The notes: a model not told the origin generated them from the sequence alone. 64,000 nt of DNA from Phaeosaccion multiseriatum (GCA_965112735.1 OZ218954.1:2852001-2916000); one strand, 5' to 3'; positions 50,701 through 62,020 are shown, numbered from the stretch's first letter. A program made the numbers and translations.

Positions 50701-51934
50701 GCTTCTTTCTGCAGGAGCAAAGGTGGAGACAGCGATCAACACTGGTTCAACGCCCCTCCACATGGCCGCTCAAGAAGGTCAGGAGGCCGTGGTGGAGCGG
50801 CTTCTCTCTGCAGGAGCAAAGGTGGAGACAGCGACCAAACAGGGTGAAACACCCCTCCACTTTGCTGCTAGAAAAGGTCACGAGGCCGTGGTGGAGCGGC
50901 TTCTCTCTGCAGGAGCAAAGTTGGAGACAGCGGACAACCATGGTGCAACACCCCTCCACCTTCCTGCCCAAGAAGGTCACGAGGGCGTGGTGGAGCGTCT
51001 TCTCTCTGCGGGAGCAAAGGTGGGGGCAGCGGACAACGATGATGCAACACCCCTCCACCTTGCTGCTTATGGAGGTCACGAGGCCGTGGTGGAGCGGCTT
51101 CTCTCTGCAGGAGCAGAAGTGGAGACAGAAGCCAAAAATGGTGCAACACCCCTCCACGTTGCTGTTGTAGGAGGTCACGAGGCCGTGGTGGAGCGGCTTC
51201 TCTCTGCAGGAGCAAAGGTGGGGGCAGCGGACAACGATGGTGTAACACCCCTCCACCGTGCTGCTCAAAAAGGTCAGGAGGCCGTGGTGGAGCGGCTTCT
51301 CTCTGCAGGAGCAAAGTTGGAGACAGCGATCAACACTGGTTCAACGCCCCTCCACCTTGCTGCCCAAGAAGGTCAGGAGGGAGTGGTGGAGCGTCTTCTC
51401 TCTGCGGGAGCCAGAGTGGAGATAGGGAGAACTGACGGTACAACACCCCTCCACCTTGCTGCTCATGGAGGTCACGAGGCCGTGGTGGAGCGGCTTCTCT
51501 CTGCAGGAGCAGAAGTGGAGACAGCAACCAAAAATGGTGCAACGCCCCTCCACGTTGCTGTTCATCAAGGTCACGAGGCTGTCGTCGCTCGTCTCATCTC
51601 TGCAGGATCCCCGATCGATGCCCAGAGGCTGGACGGCGCCACCCCACTGCTTCTCGCCATCTACTATGGCCACCATGGCATTGCACGGCAGCTCCTCTCG
51701 GCCGATGCCTCGGTGGACAAGCCCTTGGCTGCGGCACGGCGGAATAGACTGGGCCCTGAGATAGAGCAGCGGCTCAGAGGCGCAGCAGCAGCCTTCTTCC
51801 GATCGCAGAGTACACTAGACCTTATGCGAAGGACCGATCCGACCTTCGATAGGGAGAGGGGGATGTCGCCGCTGGAGAGGCCCTGGAGTGTCGGGAGCGA
51901 GACGTGGGAGGGCATGGCGGAGGAGATGGGCTGA
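47728..51934 (+). CDS. Ankyrin repeat protein, paralog 3 (~1341 aa, ~37 repeats)
   Basis: Exons 47728-47766 and 47948-51934; 825 aa (25x33) longer than paralog 1. Confidence 0.92.
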
Positions 51935-53159
51935 AGTCAAGAGTAGTGGGCCTGGGTGAGATGGGAGGTGGGGGGGAGACAACGACCGAGACTAAAGAGG
52001 ACTGCTCTCGCTCGCTTGCACCAGTCAGGCCATGGGGAGTATGGACATACCACGATGCGATGTCAGAGAGGCACCGTCTATGGCACCTTCAGAGAGACTT
52101 GGCGGGAATGACTTTGGGATCGAAGCAAAAGGAACGGGGTTGGGGGGGGGGGGATTCACACAGGTGTAGTAAACAGATTCACACAGGGGTAGCTAGCAAA
52201 TAGGTTCAAAACAGTGTGTGTGTGTGTGTGTGCTTGAGTTTGTTAGGCGAAGGACTTTCTTTGGGTACGACGCACATCGGCAGGTCCGCCGCTCGGGTGG
52301 GCGAAGGCATTCCAAAATCGAGATACGATATGCCCATAAGGTTCTTGGGTCGGGCGCCGCAGGCGGGCACAGCAATTGGTCGGAGATTGGAGGGGGACAG
52401 CGCCCCAGATAAACCACATAGTAACACACAGCGTAAGTGGTCGTAGATTGGAGGGGGCACAACTCCCCTGATCTCCGGCACAAGCGCATAGGCGAAGGTG
52501 ATGCCAGCAGTGGGGTGCTGTGCTCGGGTGGAGGCGAAGGCAAGCCACATGCTCATTGAGGCAGCAGCTGTGCAGTCCAGTCGAAGCAATACCCACTCAC
52601 TCACTCACACTTTCACTCACTCACATACTCACTCACCCTCACTCACTCACCCACTCACTTACTTACACCCGTCATCGAGCAGAGTCTTGTGAGCCACCGC
52701 TGCTCCCTCCATTGGTTCCTACCGTATTCACAAAGGCTTGCCTTCGGCGAGAGCAACACTCCGCTACAACGTAACCATCAGCGCATGTCTATCGTGGGAT
52801 CGTCCTATCCATCGTCACTTGAAAAAGAGGCAAACGAACTCGGTCCCCACCCCCCCCCGAGGCGAGAGGACTTCTATGGGGCTTACGTAAGCCTTCTGTA
52901 GACCCTTATGTAGGCCTTTGGTTAGTCCTCATGTACTCCCTATGTAGGCCTCTGCTGGAATGGTTAGGTCAGGACCTGGAGGGTGTCAAAGTTTTTTTAA
53001 CTTCTGTATCTGGCGCCAGCCCGAGGAAATGGCCTGGTTGCTGGGGGGGTTGATTATATTTTGTCCAGCAGGGTCGACTAAGCAAGTGCCAAGCATTGAC
53101 TTATAACAGCAGCTCTTGCGTCCTCAGCTTTCCCACTTCCCTCTTTTTGATCTTGCTTA

Positions 53160-53488
53160 CTGTGATTTCGCGGTTTGAGTGGCACTTTTGACGCCCCGAA
53201 TTTTTTTTTTGACGCCAAATGACGATCGATTACTTTGACGACTTTTGAACCCCTTTTTTACCCACTTTAAAGCCCTATTTGACGCACTTTGACGCCCTTT
53301 GACGCTGGGCGCGCGGTGATTTTAATCACGGAAAAGGACGTCAAAGGGCGTCAAAGTGCGTCAAATAGGGCTTTAAAGTGGGTAAAAAAGGGGTTCAAAA
53401 AGTCGTGAAACGTCGTCAAAGTAATCGTCATTTGGCGTCAAAAAAATTCACGGGGCGTCAAAAGTGCCACTCAACCGCGAAATCACAG
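53160..53488. mobile_element. Palindromic MITE-like element, copy 4 (most complete, TA on both sides)
   Basis: TA|CTGTGATTTCGCGGTTTGAGTGGCAC...GTGCCACTCAACCGCGAAATCACAG|TA. TA flanks are consistent with a Tc1/mariner-type non-autonomous element. Confidence 0.88.
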
Positions 53489-53694
53489 TAAGGGGATAAA
53501 AAAAAGAGATATAAACGGAACTTTATAAACTGAAACTGGAAGTGTGCGCGAGTGTGTGTGTGTGTGTGTGTGTGTGAGTGAGGGAGTGAGTGCGTGAGTG
53601 AATGTGCACACGCGCGCACCACACACTCACTCTCCTCATATCACTCACTTCCTCAATCTCTTCCACACGCTCCTTGCTCAACTCGTGTACACAT

Positions 53695-54352
53695 TCACTC
53701 ACTCACTCACTCACTCACTCACTCACTCACTCACTCACTCACTCACTCACTCACTCACTCACTCACTCACTCACTCACTCACTCACTCACTCACTCACTC
53801 ACTCACTCACTCACTCACTCACTCACTCACTCACTCACTCACTCACTCACTCACTCACTCACTCACTCACTCACTCACTCACTCACTCACTCACTCACTC
53901 ACTCACTCACTCACTCACTCACTCACTCACTCACTCACTCACTCACTCACTCACTCACTCACTCACTCACTCACTCACTCACTCACTCACTCACTCACTC
54001 ACTCACTCACTCACTCACTCACTCACTCACTCACTCACTCACTCACTCACTCACTCACTCACTCACTCACTCACTCACTCACTCACTCACTCACTCACTC
54101 ACTCACTCACTCACTCACTCACTCACTCACATGGGCTGCGCTGACCAGAGTGACAGAGCGATGGCGTGTCCGCAGTAGAGGATAAGTGGCTATATATTTA
54201 TTTGGTATATGACTTGGAAAATTGGTACTACTGTATACTCCTACTACTACCTACCTACCTACCTATCTACCTACCTACCTACCTACCTACCTACCTACCT
54301 ACCTACCTACCTACCTACCTACCTACCTACCTACCTACCTACCTACCTACCT
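53695..54352. repeat. Long perfect (TCAC)n (~435 bp), followed by (TACC)n from ~54248
   Basis: Directly visible. Confidence 0.97.
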
Positions 54353-54645
54353 ACAGACCTATACACCTAACACACACCATGCACTCACATGCATGTCACC
54401 TCCGTCGTATGATTTCTCACATACGCACACGCGCACACTCACGTCCCCCCTCCCCCTCACTCACTCACTCACTCACTCACTCACACCCACACACCCACAC
54501 GCACATTCCGATGGATCTATTTACACCCCCGAAACAACACCCAAATCACCGCAAGCCTCAGGTGCAACACCCCCCCCCCGACCCGAGAGGGGATGGCACT
54601 TGACGGCTCGACTCCCAACCCGCCGCAGGACAGCAGGATGGCACC

Positions 54646-57600
54646 TCACGGCCCCGCTTCCGCTTCCAACAGCTGACTCCGACATGTAGGGCACGAGGCG
54701 TTGATGCCCAACCACCGGTCCAAACACACCGCATGAAAGCGATGCAAGCACGTAGGTACCTGCCGCACCATCTGTGAGTCCTCATACCTAGACAGGCAGA
54801 TGGCGCACTCGTCTGCGCACGACACCCCGCACCCCTCCTCTCCCACCGTTTCCGTGGGCAGAGCGGCAATCACCTCCGGCGATGCTCCCTTCTGCACCTC
54901 CTCCTCCTCCTCCTCTTCCTCCTCCGCCTCCTCCCACTCCTCCTCCTCCTCCTCCTCATCCTCCCCCCAGCCCTCCCTCAATCCTCTTCCTCTCCTTCTC
55001 CTTCGCCGCCCCGTGTTCCGAAGAGCCATGAGGGCCAGCTCCCCGGCCTCTCCCCCCACCCCCGCCACTCTCAAAAGACTCTGTAACGTCTGCAGCAGCT
55101 CCAAACTGATGCGGTTAAGACTCGAACGCACGTCCTCGGGCAGCCCTAGCCGGGCGAGTCTCTCGCCCTCCCCTTCTCCTCCTTCTCCTCCTTCCCCTTC
55201 CCCCTCTTCTTCCCCCTCCACCTCACCGTCTCCTCCTCCTCCTCCTCCGGCCTGGATTTGGTCAACTCCCGAGGAGTACTCGTCGATAATATCCATCAGC
55301 GCTGTCATCTGTTGATGCCTGACCCAGTACTGATCCAAGCGGAGCACCAGCAGAGTGCGAAGGGAGTCGTTCTGTTGCTCCTGCAGGCCCGCGATCTCGG
55401 CCAAGAGGCGCTGTCGTTCCGAATCGATGCTTCCGATGGCACCCTCCAGAGCCGCTGGGGAGGAGGAGGAGGAGGAGGAGGAGGAGGAGGAGGAGGAGGA
55501 GGAGGAGGAGGAGGAGGAGGATTGTGATGGCAAGGAGGAGTCCGTCGCTGTCGGGTCGGACGGCTGGTCCTGGTGCGAAGACCACGGGGCCATCATCATC
55601 GTCGTCCGGGGCTGCGGTGCGGTTACGACGGTTGAGTTGGCCAAGGCGCGCAGCTGCCGAGCGAGATGCGCCGAAGAGGGAGGAGGGGAGGCGGATGAAG
55701 GAGGCGAAGAAGGAGAAGAAGGAACCACAAGGGATTCGAAGCCACTGCTGCTCTCGAGCCAGGGTGATGCTGTGAAAGCCTCCGTCACTGTTGCTGCTGA
55801 TGTATCACCAATTGCTACCTCAGGTGCGGGTGGCGTCGTGGCGGCGGCGCTGGACGCTCCTATGGTCACCCTTTGTCTTCTCCGAACAGGAGGCACACCC
55901 TCTGTTCTGCTTCCTCCTCCTGCTCCTGCTCCTCCTCCTGCTCCTCCTGCTCCTCCTCCTCCTCCTCCTCCTGCTCCTCCTCCTCCTCCTCCTCCTCCTC
56001 CTCCTCCTCCTCCTCCTCCTCCTCCTCCTCCTCCTCCTCCAGCAGATGCTGCCCCCCCTGCTGTTTCTACTCCCATGGCTGTTTCCACCGTCAATCCTCC
56101 TGCGCCTTGCCTCCCCACTGCCGATCGATAGGCCGCCTCTGCCTGTTCCGCAATAGAAGGCTCGGGGGAAGGGTTCCTCCTCCTTCTGGACACGACAACA
56201 GAGGAGGAGGAGGAGGAGGAGGAGGAGGAGGAGGCACCTGTCGGCAACGAAGGCCCTCCTCGCACTGAGTCCTCAGCGCCCCTTCTCATACCCCTCCCAC
56301 TGTCGTCACTGTCACCGCTCCCGCTCAGGCCTCTACTTGCTCGTCGGTATGGCCTCTCGCTTCTATCCTCCTGCTCCTGCTCCTGCTTCGTCTCCTCCTG
56401 CTCCTGGTCGTTACCCCTCTCCTCCTCCTCCTGCTGCTGCTCCTCCTCCTCCGCCTCCTCCTCCTCCTCCTCCTCCTCCTCCTCCTCCTGCGCCTCCTCC
56501 TCCTCCTCCTCCTCCTCCTGCTCCTGCTGGTCTCCCTGCTGGTCCTCCTCCTGCTCCTGCTGCTGCCGCCGCTGCCGCCGCTGCTGCTGCAGCTGCTCCT
56601 GTCCCACTGACTGCTGGTCCTCTCCGCAGCTTCCGAGCAGATCATCAAGGCTGTCACAGCCACTCAAGAGGCGTTTGTTCGCGTCGCTACTCGGCGGTTG
56701 GATGCCAAAGCTCGCCACGCGGCGGACAGGAACAGGCGTGAAGCTCCTGCTAACTGCTGTACTACCAACTCCTCCAGCCGACAACCTCCTCGATCCGCCC
56801 CCCCCCCCTTCGTGCTCTCCTCTCCCTTCCCTCTCTTCTTCAGCTTTCTGCAAAGCCCTACCTGCGACGAGCGCTGCCAATCTCTGGCGAGACGCCGCTG
56901 GCCCTACCCCCCCTCCTACTCCTGCCGGGGCGGAAACAGAGCTGCGCTCCCACGTCACCGTCGTCGCCGCTTGTAGCACGCCACCCGCTCCCCCCAAGCG
57001 CCCTATTCTTTGACCAGTGCTCTCCTCTACCCACTCCACCTCGCCCCCTCTTTCTCCCATTGCTGCTGGTGCTGGTGCTGGTGCTGGTGCTGGTGCTGCT
57101 GGTGCTGCTGCGGTATACGCATGTGCGCGGTGCCTCTCTCCGCCGCCCTCCTCGCTTCCGCTGCCGCTGTCACACTCGACAGAAAAGGCCCGACTGCCCA
57201 CATGATAATCCGTGGAATCGGCGGAGGAGGGTGGCGCTGTGATGATGGTCGTTGGATACGGGAGATTGAGCGCCTCAGGAGCGTCGTCGTCGTTGTTGCT
57301 TTTGTTGATGTTGCTGTTGATCATGCCGTTGTTGTCGTCTACGCTCTGGAGTTCGCGTAGGGACTTTGCCAGTAGCGAGTGTGAATGGGATGCCTGACGG
57401 ATGCGCAGGCCGGGGGAGGCCTTCCAGCTCGAGCGGGTGCGGGGAGACCAGCAGGAGGCGGCGCTCCTCACCTCTGCTGCTGCTGCTGGTGGCTGGTCCT
57501 CCCCGAGGAAACCATCCAAACTGTCGTACTGGGTGTGTTGTATGGACTGCTTTGCTGCTGCTTCTCCCGCTCTTGTCGCCGACTCTGTGGCTGCTCCTCC

Positions 57601-58137
57601 TGCATGCTGATGACGTGTTGCATTGAAGCGCCCTGCACCTGCCCCCCAACGGGCGGAGGTGGAGGAAGAGAAAGAAGACGAAGAAGAGGAAGGGCGGGAG
57701 AAGAAAGGTGCGGACGAAGAGCCCCCCCCGTCCTCTCTCCCCCTTTCTTCGGCGGAAAATCTCAATCCACTCCTACTCCTCCTGCTACTACCACTGCTGA
57801 CGCTGACGCTGCTGCTTCTGCTATCACTCCGTCGTGGTAGTACTATGGGGCTGGAGATTTGACTCGCAGCCAAGCTCAGCGCCTTTGTCTCCACGAGCCC
57901 TGTCGCCGCAGTGATCACTCTGATGCCCTCGTATACACCGGAAGGGTGCTTCCTTTCGCCGGGGCCCTCAGCTTCCTCGGTCTCCTGCCCTTCTCCGAGA
58001 CGCCTGGGCATGTTGTCACTCAGCCTCTCGATGAGAAGCTCAGCAGCGCCCCCTGTGTCCCACGCTGATGAGTATTTGACTCCGCGTGCGTCTCGCGTGA
58101 ATAGGGAAGCTGGATGTGGAGTACGTGAAGGTGCCAT
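54646..58137 (-). CDS. RING-H2 E3 ubiquitin ligase, single exon (~1163 aa), long disordered N-terminus
   Basis: C-terminal KGASPEVIAALP..CAICLSRYEDSQMVRQVPTCLHRFHAVCLDRWLGINASCPTCR. ATG 58137 is preferred because ATG 58230 would overlap the divergent gene's start. Confidence 0.85.
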   Translation of the reverse strand: MAPSRTPHPASLFTRDARGVKYSSAWDTGGAAELLIERLSDNMPRRLGEGQETEEAEGPGERKHPSGVYEGIRVITAATGLVETKALSLAASQISSPIVLPRRSDSRSSSVSVSSGSSRRSRSGLRFSAEERGREDGGGSSSAPFFSRPSSSSSSFSSSTSARWGAGAGRFNATRHQHAGGAATESATRAGEAAAKQSIQHTQYDSLDGFLGEDQPPAAAAEVRSAASCWSPRTRSSWKASPGLRIRQASHSHSLLAKSLRELQSVDDNNGMINSNINKSNNDDDAPEALNLPYPTTIITAPPSSADSTDYHVGSRAFSVECDSGSGSEEGGGERHRAHAYTAAAPAAPAPAPAPAPAAMGERGGEVEWVEESTGQRIGRLGGAGGVLQAATTVTWERSSVSAPAGVGGGVGPAASRQRLAALVAGRALQKAEEEREGRGEHEGGGGGSRRLSAGGVGSTAVSRSFTPVPVRRVASFGIQPPSSDANKRLLSGCDSLDDLLGSCGEDQQSVGQEQLQQQRRQRRQQQEQEEDQQGDQQEQEEEEEEEEAQEEEEEEEEEEEAEEEEQQQEEEERGNDQEQEETKQEQEQEDRSERPYRRASRGLSGSGDSDDSGRGMRRGAEDSVRGGPSLPTGASSSSSSSSSSSVVVSRRRRNPSPEPSIAEQAEAAYRSAVGRQGAGGLTVETAMGVETAGGAASAGGGGGGGGGGGGGGGGGGGGGGAGGGGGGGAGGAGGGAGAGGGSRTEGVPPVRRRQRVTIGASSAAATTPPAPEVAIGDTSAATVTEAFTASPWLESSSGFESLVVPSSPSSPPSSASPPPSSAHLARQLRALANSTVVTAPQPRTTMMMAPWSSHQDQPSDPTATDSSLPSQSSSSSSSSSSSSSSSSSSSSSPAALEGAIGSIDSERQRLLAEIAGLQEQQNDSLRTLLVLRLDQYWVRHQQMTALMDIIDEYSSGVDQIQAGGGGGGDGEVEGEEEGEGEGGEGGEGEGERLARLGLPEDVRSSLNRISLELLQTLQSLLRVAGVGGEAGELALMALRNTGRRRRRRGRGLREGWGEDEEEEEEEWEEAEEEEEEEEEVQKGASPEVIAALPTETVGEEGCGVSCADECAICLSRYEDSQMVRQVPTCLHRFHAVCLDRWLGINASCPTCRSQLLEAEAGP

Positions 58138-58228
58138 TTGTTGCGTGCGATGGGACAGCACTGGCGCGCAGCAAAAAAAAGCTGTCAAGGGAGTCCTCCC
58201 CGCCCTCTTCCGACGTGAGGATGTGGAC

Positions 58229-61200
58229 ATGAGTGGCGGGGTAGGAAAGAAGGGGAAGAAGCGCAGGAGATCCACTCCCGTTGCTCCAAGCACTGCCTTT
58301 GGATGTGGTCCTTGCCGGAGCAGTGGAAGCCTGTGCGACGGGGGGCGCCCATGCTTCTCATGCCTCGCTATGGGGCTGCAGGTGTGTGCTTGTCGCCACC
58401 TCTTTGTCTTTAATCCGGGACTACTTGAGCGATGGTAGTAGTGGTGGTGTGGGGAGGGACGGAGGTCCTCTGTGGACGAGGCATGGATGGATGCATCGAC
58501 TCATCGCCCCCTGCCCCCGCTGCTGTCGTCCTTCTTCTCTCTTCCCTCAGTGCGTGTACGGGGAAGAAGGGGGCTCGTCAGCGTCCGCAGCGGGCGGGGG
58601 GGCGGGCTCATCCACAGCTGCTGCCCCTGCTTCTCCAGCAGTGGGAGGGGGGGTGGTGCCAGCTACGCCCAGCACCACTCAGCAGGCGAACGGAAAAGGC
58701 AGCAAGGACAGCAGTAGCGATGGGGGTTCTCTTGTCACACCGCAGGTGGCGGACAGACAACGTTCAGGTACGTCTTCTGCTGCAGGGGCGTTGAGCAAAC
58801 TGAGGAAGGAGGGACAGACTCAGGCGCAGCAGAAGCGCCAGAAGAGGGAGCAGCACCGGCAGCGGCAGGAGGCCCAGGCGACCGCTGCTCGTCGCAAAGG
58901 CGCGGAGGAGCTGCAGCAAGGGTGGATGGAACGCTTCGATCCGCTCTTCAGCCTGGAGGAGGACTGGACAGTGCTGGCCACGGGGCCTCCTCGCTGCATC
59001 TTTCGGTGAGTGAAGTGAGTGGGTGGGTGAGTGAGTGAGTGAGTGAGTGAGTGAGTGAGTGAGTGAGTGAGTGAGTGAGTGAGTGAGTGAGTGAGTGAGT
59101 GAGTGAGTGAGTGAGTGAGTGAGTGAGTGAGTGAGTGAGTGAGTGAGTGAGTGAGTGAGTGAGTGAGTGAGTGAGTGAGTGAGTGAGTGAGTGAGTGAGT
59201 GAGTGAGGGCACACGATTATATTTGATTCATGTTTGTACTCACTCGCCTTTTTAGACTCCATTGAGTGAGAGTCAGGGACAGCGGTAGAAGTAGGGTCAC
59301 AGAGAGAGAGAGAGAGAGAAACAGAGATGCGGGTAGGTTAGATCACAGTCGGAGGAGAGAAAGGAAGCCAAGCACCTTCCTCAGACGAGAAGGGAAGCCA
59401 AGCGCCTTCCTCAGTCGCCTGGGACGATCGACAGCAGACGAGAGAGGGGAGGATGTGCCCCTTGAGACAGAGGCTGACCAAAGCCTTCCTCCCTTCCTCC
59501 CTTGCTTCATTCATTACGCTTTGCTCACTCACTGTGTGTGTGTGTGTGCGTGTGTGTATGTGTGTGTGTGTGCGTGTTTGACAGAAACTCCGCTGCCTAT
59601 CCGCAATTGCGCACCCCGCTACGGAGATGGGAAGAATCCGATCAGGTGTGTCTCCCTCGCCGGACCCACGGCCGCACCATCATTTTCCATCATCTACACC
59701 CACACCCGTTCCCCTCTCCCTCTCCTCGCTCTCTCCCTCTCCTCGCCCCCGTTTCCCCTCTCCCTCTCCCGCTCCCCTATCCTCCCCTCCCTGCTTCTAC
59801 CCTCCCTCTCTTCCTCTCTCCCTTTCTTCCTCCCTCTCACCTCCCTCCCTCCCTCCCTCCCTCTTCTCCCCTCCCTCTCCCCCTCTCTCCCTCCCACCCT
59901 CCCACCCTCCCGCCTCTCCTCCCCTCCCTCCCTCCCTCCCTCCCTCCCTCCCTCCCTCCCTCCCTCCCTCCCTCCCTCCCTCCCTCCCTCCCTCCCTCCC
60001 TCCCTCCCTCCCTCCCTCCCTCCCTCCCTCCCTCCCTCCCTCCCTCCCTCCCTCCCTCCCTCCCTCCCTCCCTCCCTCCCTCCCTCCCTCCCTCCCTCCC
60101 TCCCTCCCTCCCTCCCTCCCTCCCTCCCTCCCTCCCTCCCTCCCTCTCTCCTTCCCCCCCCCCCCCCCACCCACCCACAGACAACTGTGAACGAAGGTGT
60201 GCCCTCATTCTGTCGCTGGGGGGCAGAGACAGGGAGCTTCCTGCTTTCCGAGGGCACTCTGCAGGCCGTGGCCATGGAAGACAGGTGAGCGTGTTGGTTC
60301 TTTTTTTGCAGCTGTTGGCGCCCCAGGTATGACCATCTCGTCCACCTGTCCACTTCTGAAAGCAAAGAAATTACTTCGTAGTACCGACGAGGTTTGTGCA
60401 CGATGGATGATTCAGCTTTCCAATTGTCATGTCAATTGCCCCCCTCTCCCTCCCCTCCCCCCCCCCCCCGTCCGTTTCTGTCGGTCTTCGAATCTCACGG
60501 TCTCTCGGCCCCGCGTTCACAACTGGCTATTTCTTGTCGATTTACAACACGCAAAATGTAAAACGTTTCTCGCTCCAACGCACACTCACATACATATACA
60601 TACACACACGAACACACACGCACACACACACGCACGCACGCACACACACACATACACGAACACACATACACACACACGCACACACACACGCACACACACT
60701 CACGCACACACACACGCACACACACACGCGCACACACACACACCCACAGCGCTGCTCGTACGGCGAGTCTGAGAGCCTTGTCCGACGGCAGTGCGCAGGG
60801 CCGCTGCCTGGAGGCTGTCCTGCTGCCCCACTCCAGGCGGACGCTCTACGCTCACGTGGGCGGCGCACTCGCTGACGAGGTGAGGCTCCACGCTTGGGCA
60901 ACATGTACATATATACATATAATATAATATATGTATTATATATATTGTATTTTAATGTACATAAATTTCCTTGATATACTTAGTACTACTACTCTCTCTC
61001 TCTCTTTCTCTCTCTCGCTCTCTCCCTCTGTAGGGCTATGTCTCTGTCGATCTGTCTGCCTGTCTCTCTCTATCGCTGCCTCCATCTCTTATCGCTCTTT
61101 CTCTCTTGCTGTACTGTCGAGAGACCGAGCGAGTGAATACAGCTCTCCCGCCCTACCCCTTACCGACCCACCTCAAGCCATCCCCCCTGCTCAGCCCCCC

Positions 61201-62020
61201 CCCCCCTCCCCCCTCCTCCTTCCAACAGGTGCGACTCCTCACCCTCACGCCCTCCTTCGGACTAGCGGCAGCCACATCAGCCTCCGAGGCGTGGAGCCCA
61301 GGCTTAGGCAAGATCAAGCAACTTGCTCAGCTCAAGCCCTCGAGGGCGGGCTCCGAGTCGCCGTGTTTGGTGGTGCGGGCTGGGGGCTGTGTGGTACTGG
61401 GCAAAGTGTGTGATGAGCGATCGGCTCCCACGCACTTGCCTACCGACTCGCGCAGTGGTAACACGTGGCTGGGTTTGGGTAGCAGCAGAGGACCCATTAC
61501 TACGAAAGGCACGAAGAAAGGGGCGAGTACGAGTGGGGACGACGACAGGAGACCGCCTACCCCGCACTCTACTGGGGGAAAGGAAGGAAAGGAAGGAAAG
61601 GGGACCAGTCCTCGAGTCAGGAGGCGGAAGAGCGGCAAGCACGAGGGAGCGTCTCCTCTCTTATCGATGGACTTCCTCCCGCCTGCCTTCGCCCCGCTGG
61701 AGCGCCTCCAACTGGCGTACCGTATCGCCACCGTGTGTCCTTCGCACCACTGCCGATCGCTTGCTGCACTGCTCGACGAAAGAGGGCAGGTGTACGTTTG
61801 GAGGCCCGGCTATGGGGCCGCTCCGTATGGAGGCGTGCATCACCCACGGGATGGGGCGACGCGCAACGTACGCGGACTGCTTCTTCCCTACCTGGGGCTA
61901 GACTTTGGAGCCCACCCCTTGACGCTGTGGAAGTGCTGTGGTGGGGAGGGGACGCTGGTGGATCTCCGGGAGCCGCCACCGAGGGGAGGAGGTGTGACGT
62001 CATCATCATCATCATCATCG

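Noticed and set aside
39060-51934. Diversity-generating retroelement as the source of ankyrin variation
   Set aside because: No reverse transcriptase or template repeat in the window, and changes are not adenine-restricted.
53594-54689. THSL/TYLP repeat ORFs; possible telomere-like array
   Set aside because: (TCAC)n and (TACC)n microsatellites; (TCAC)n is also common in introns here and the tract is internal.
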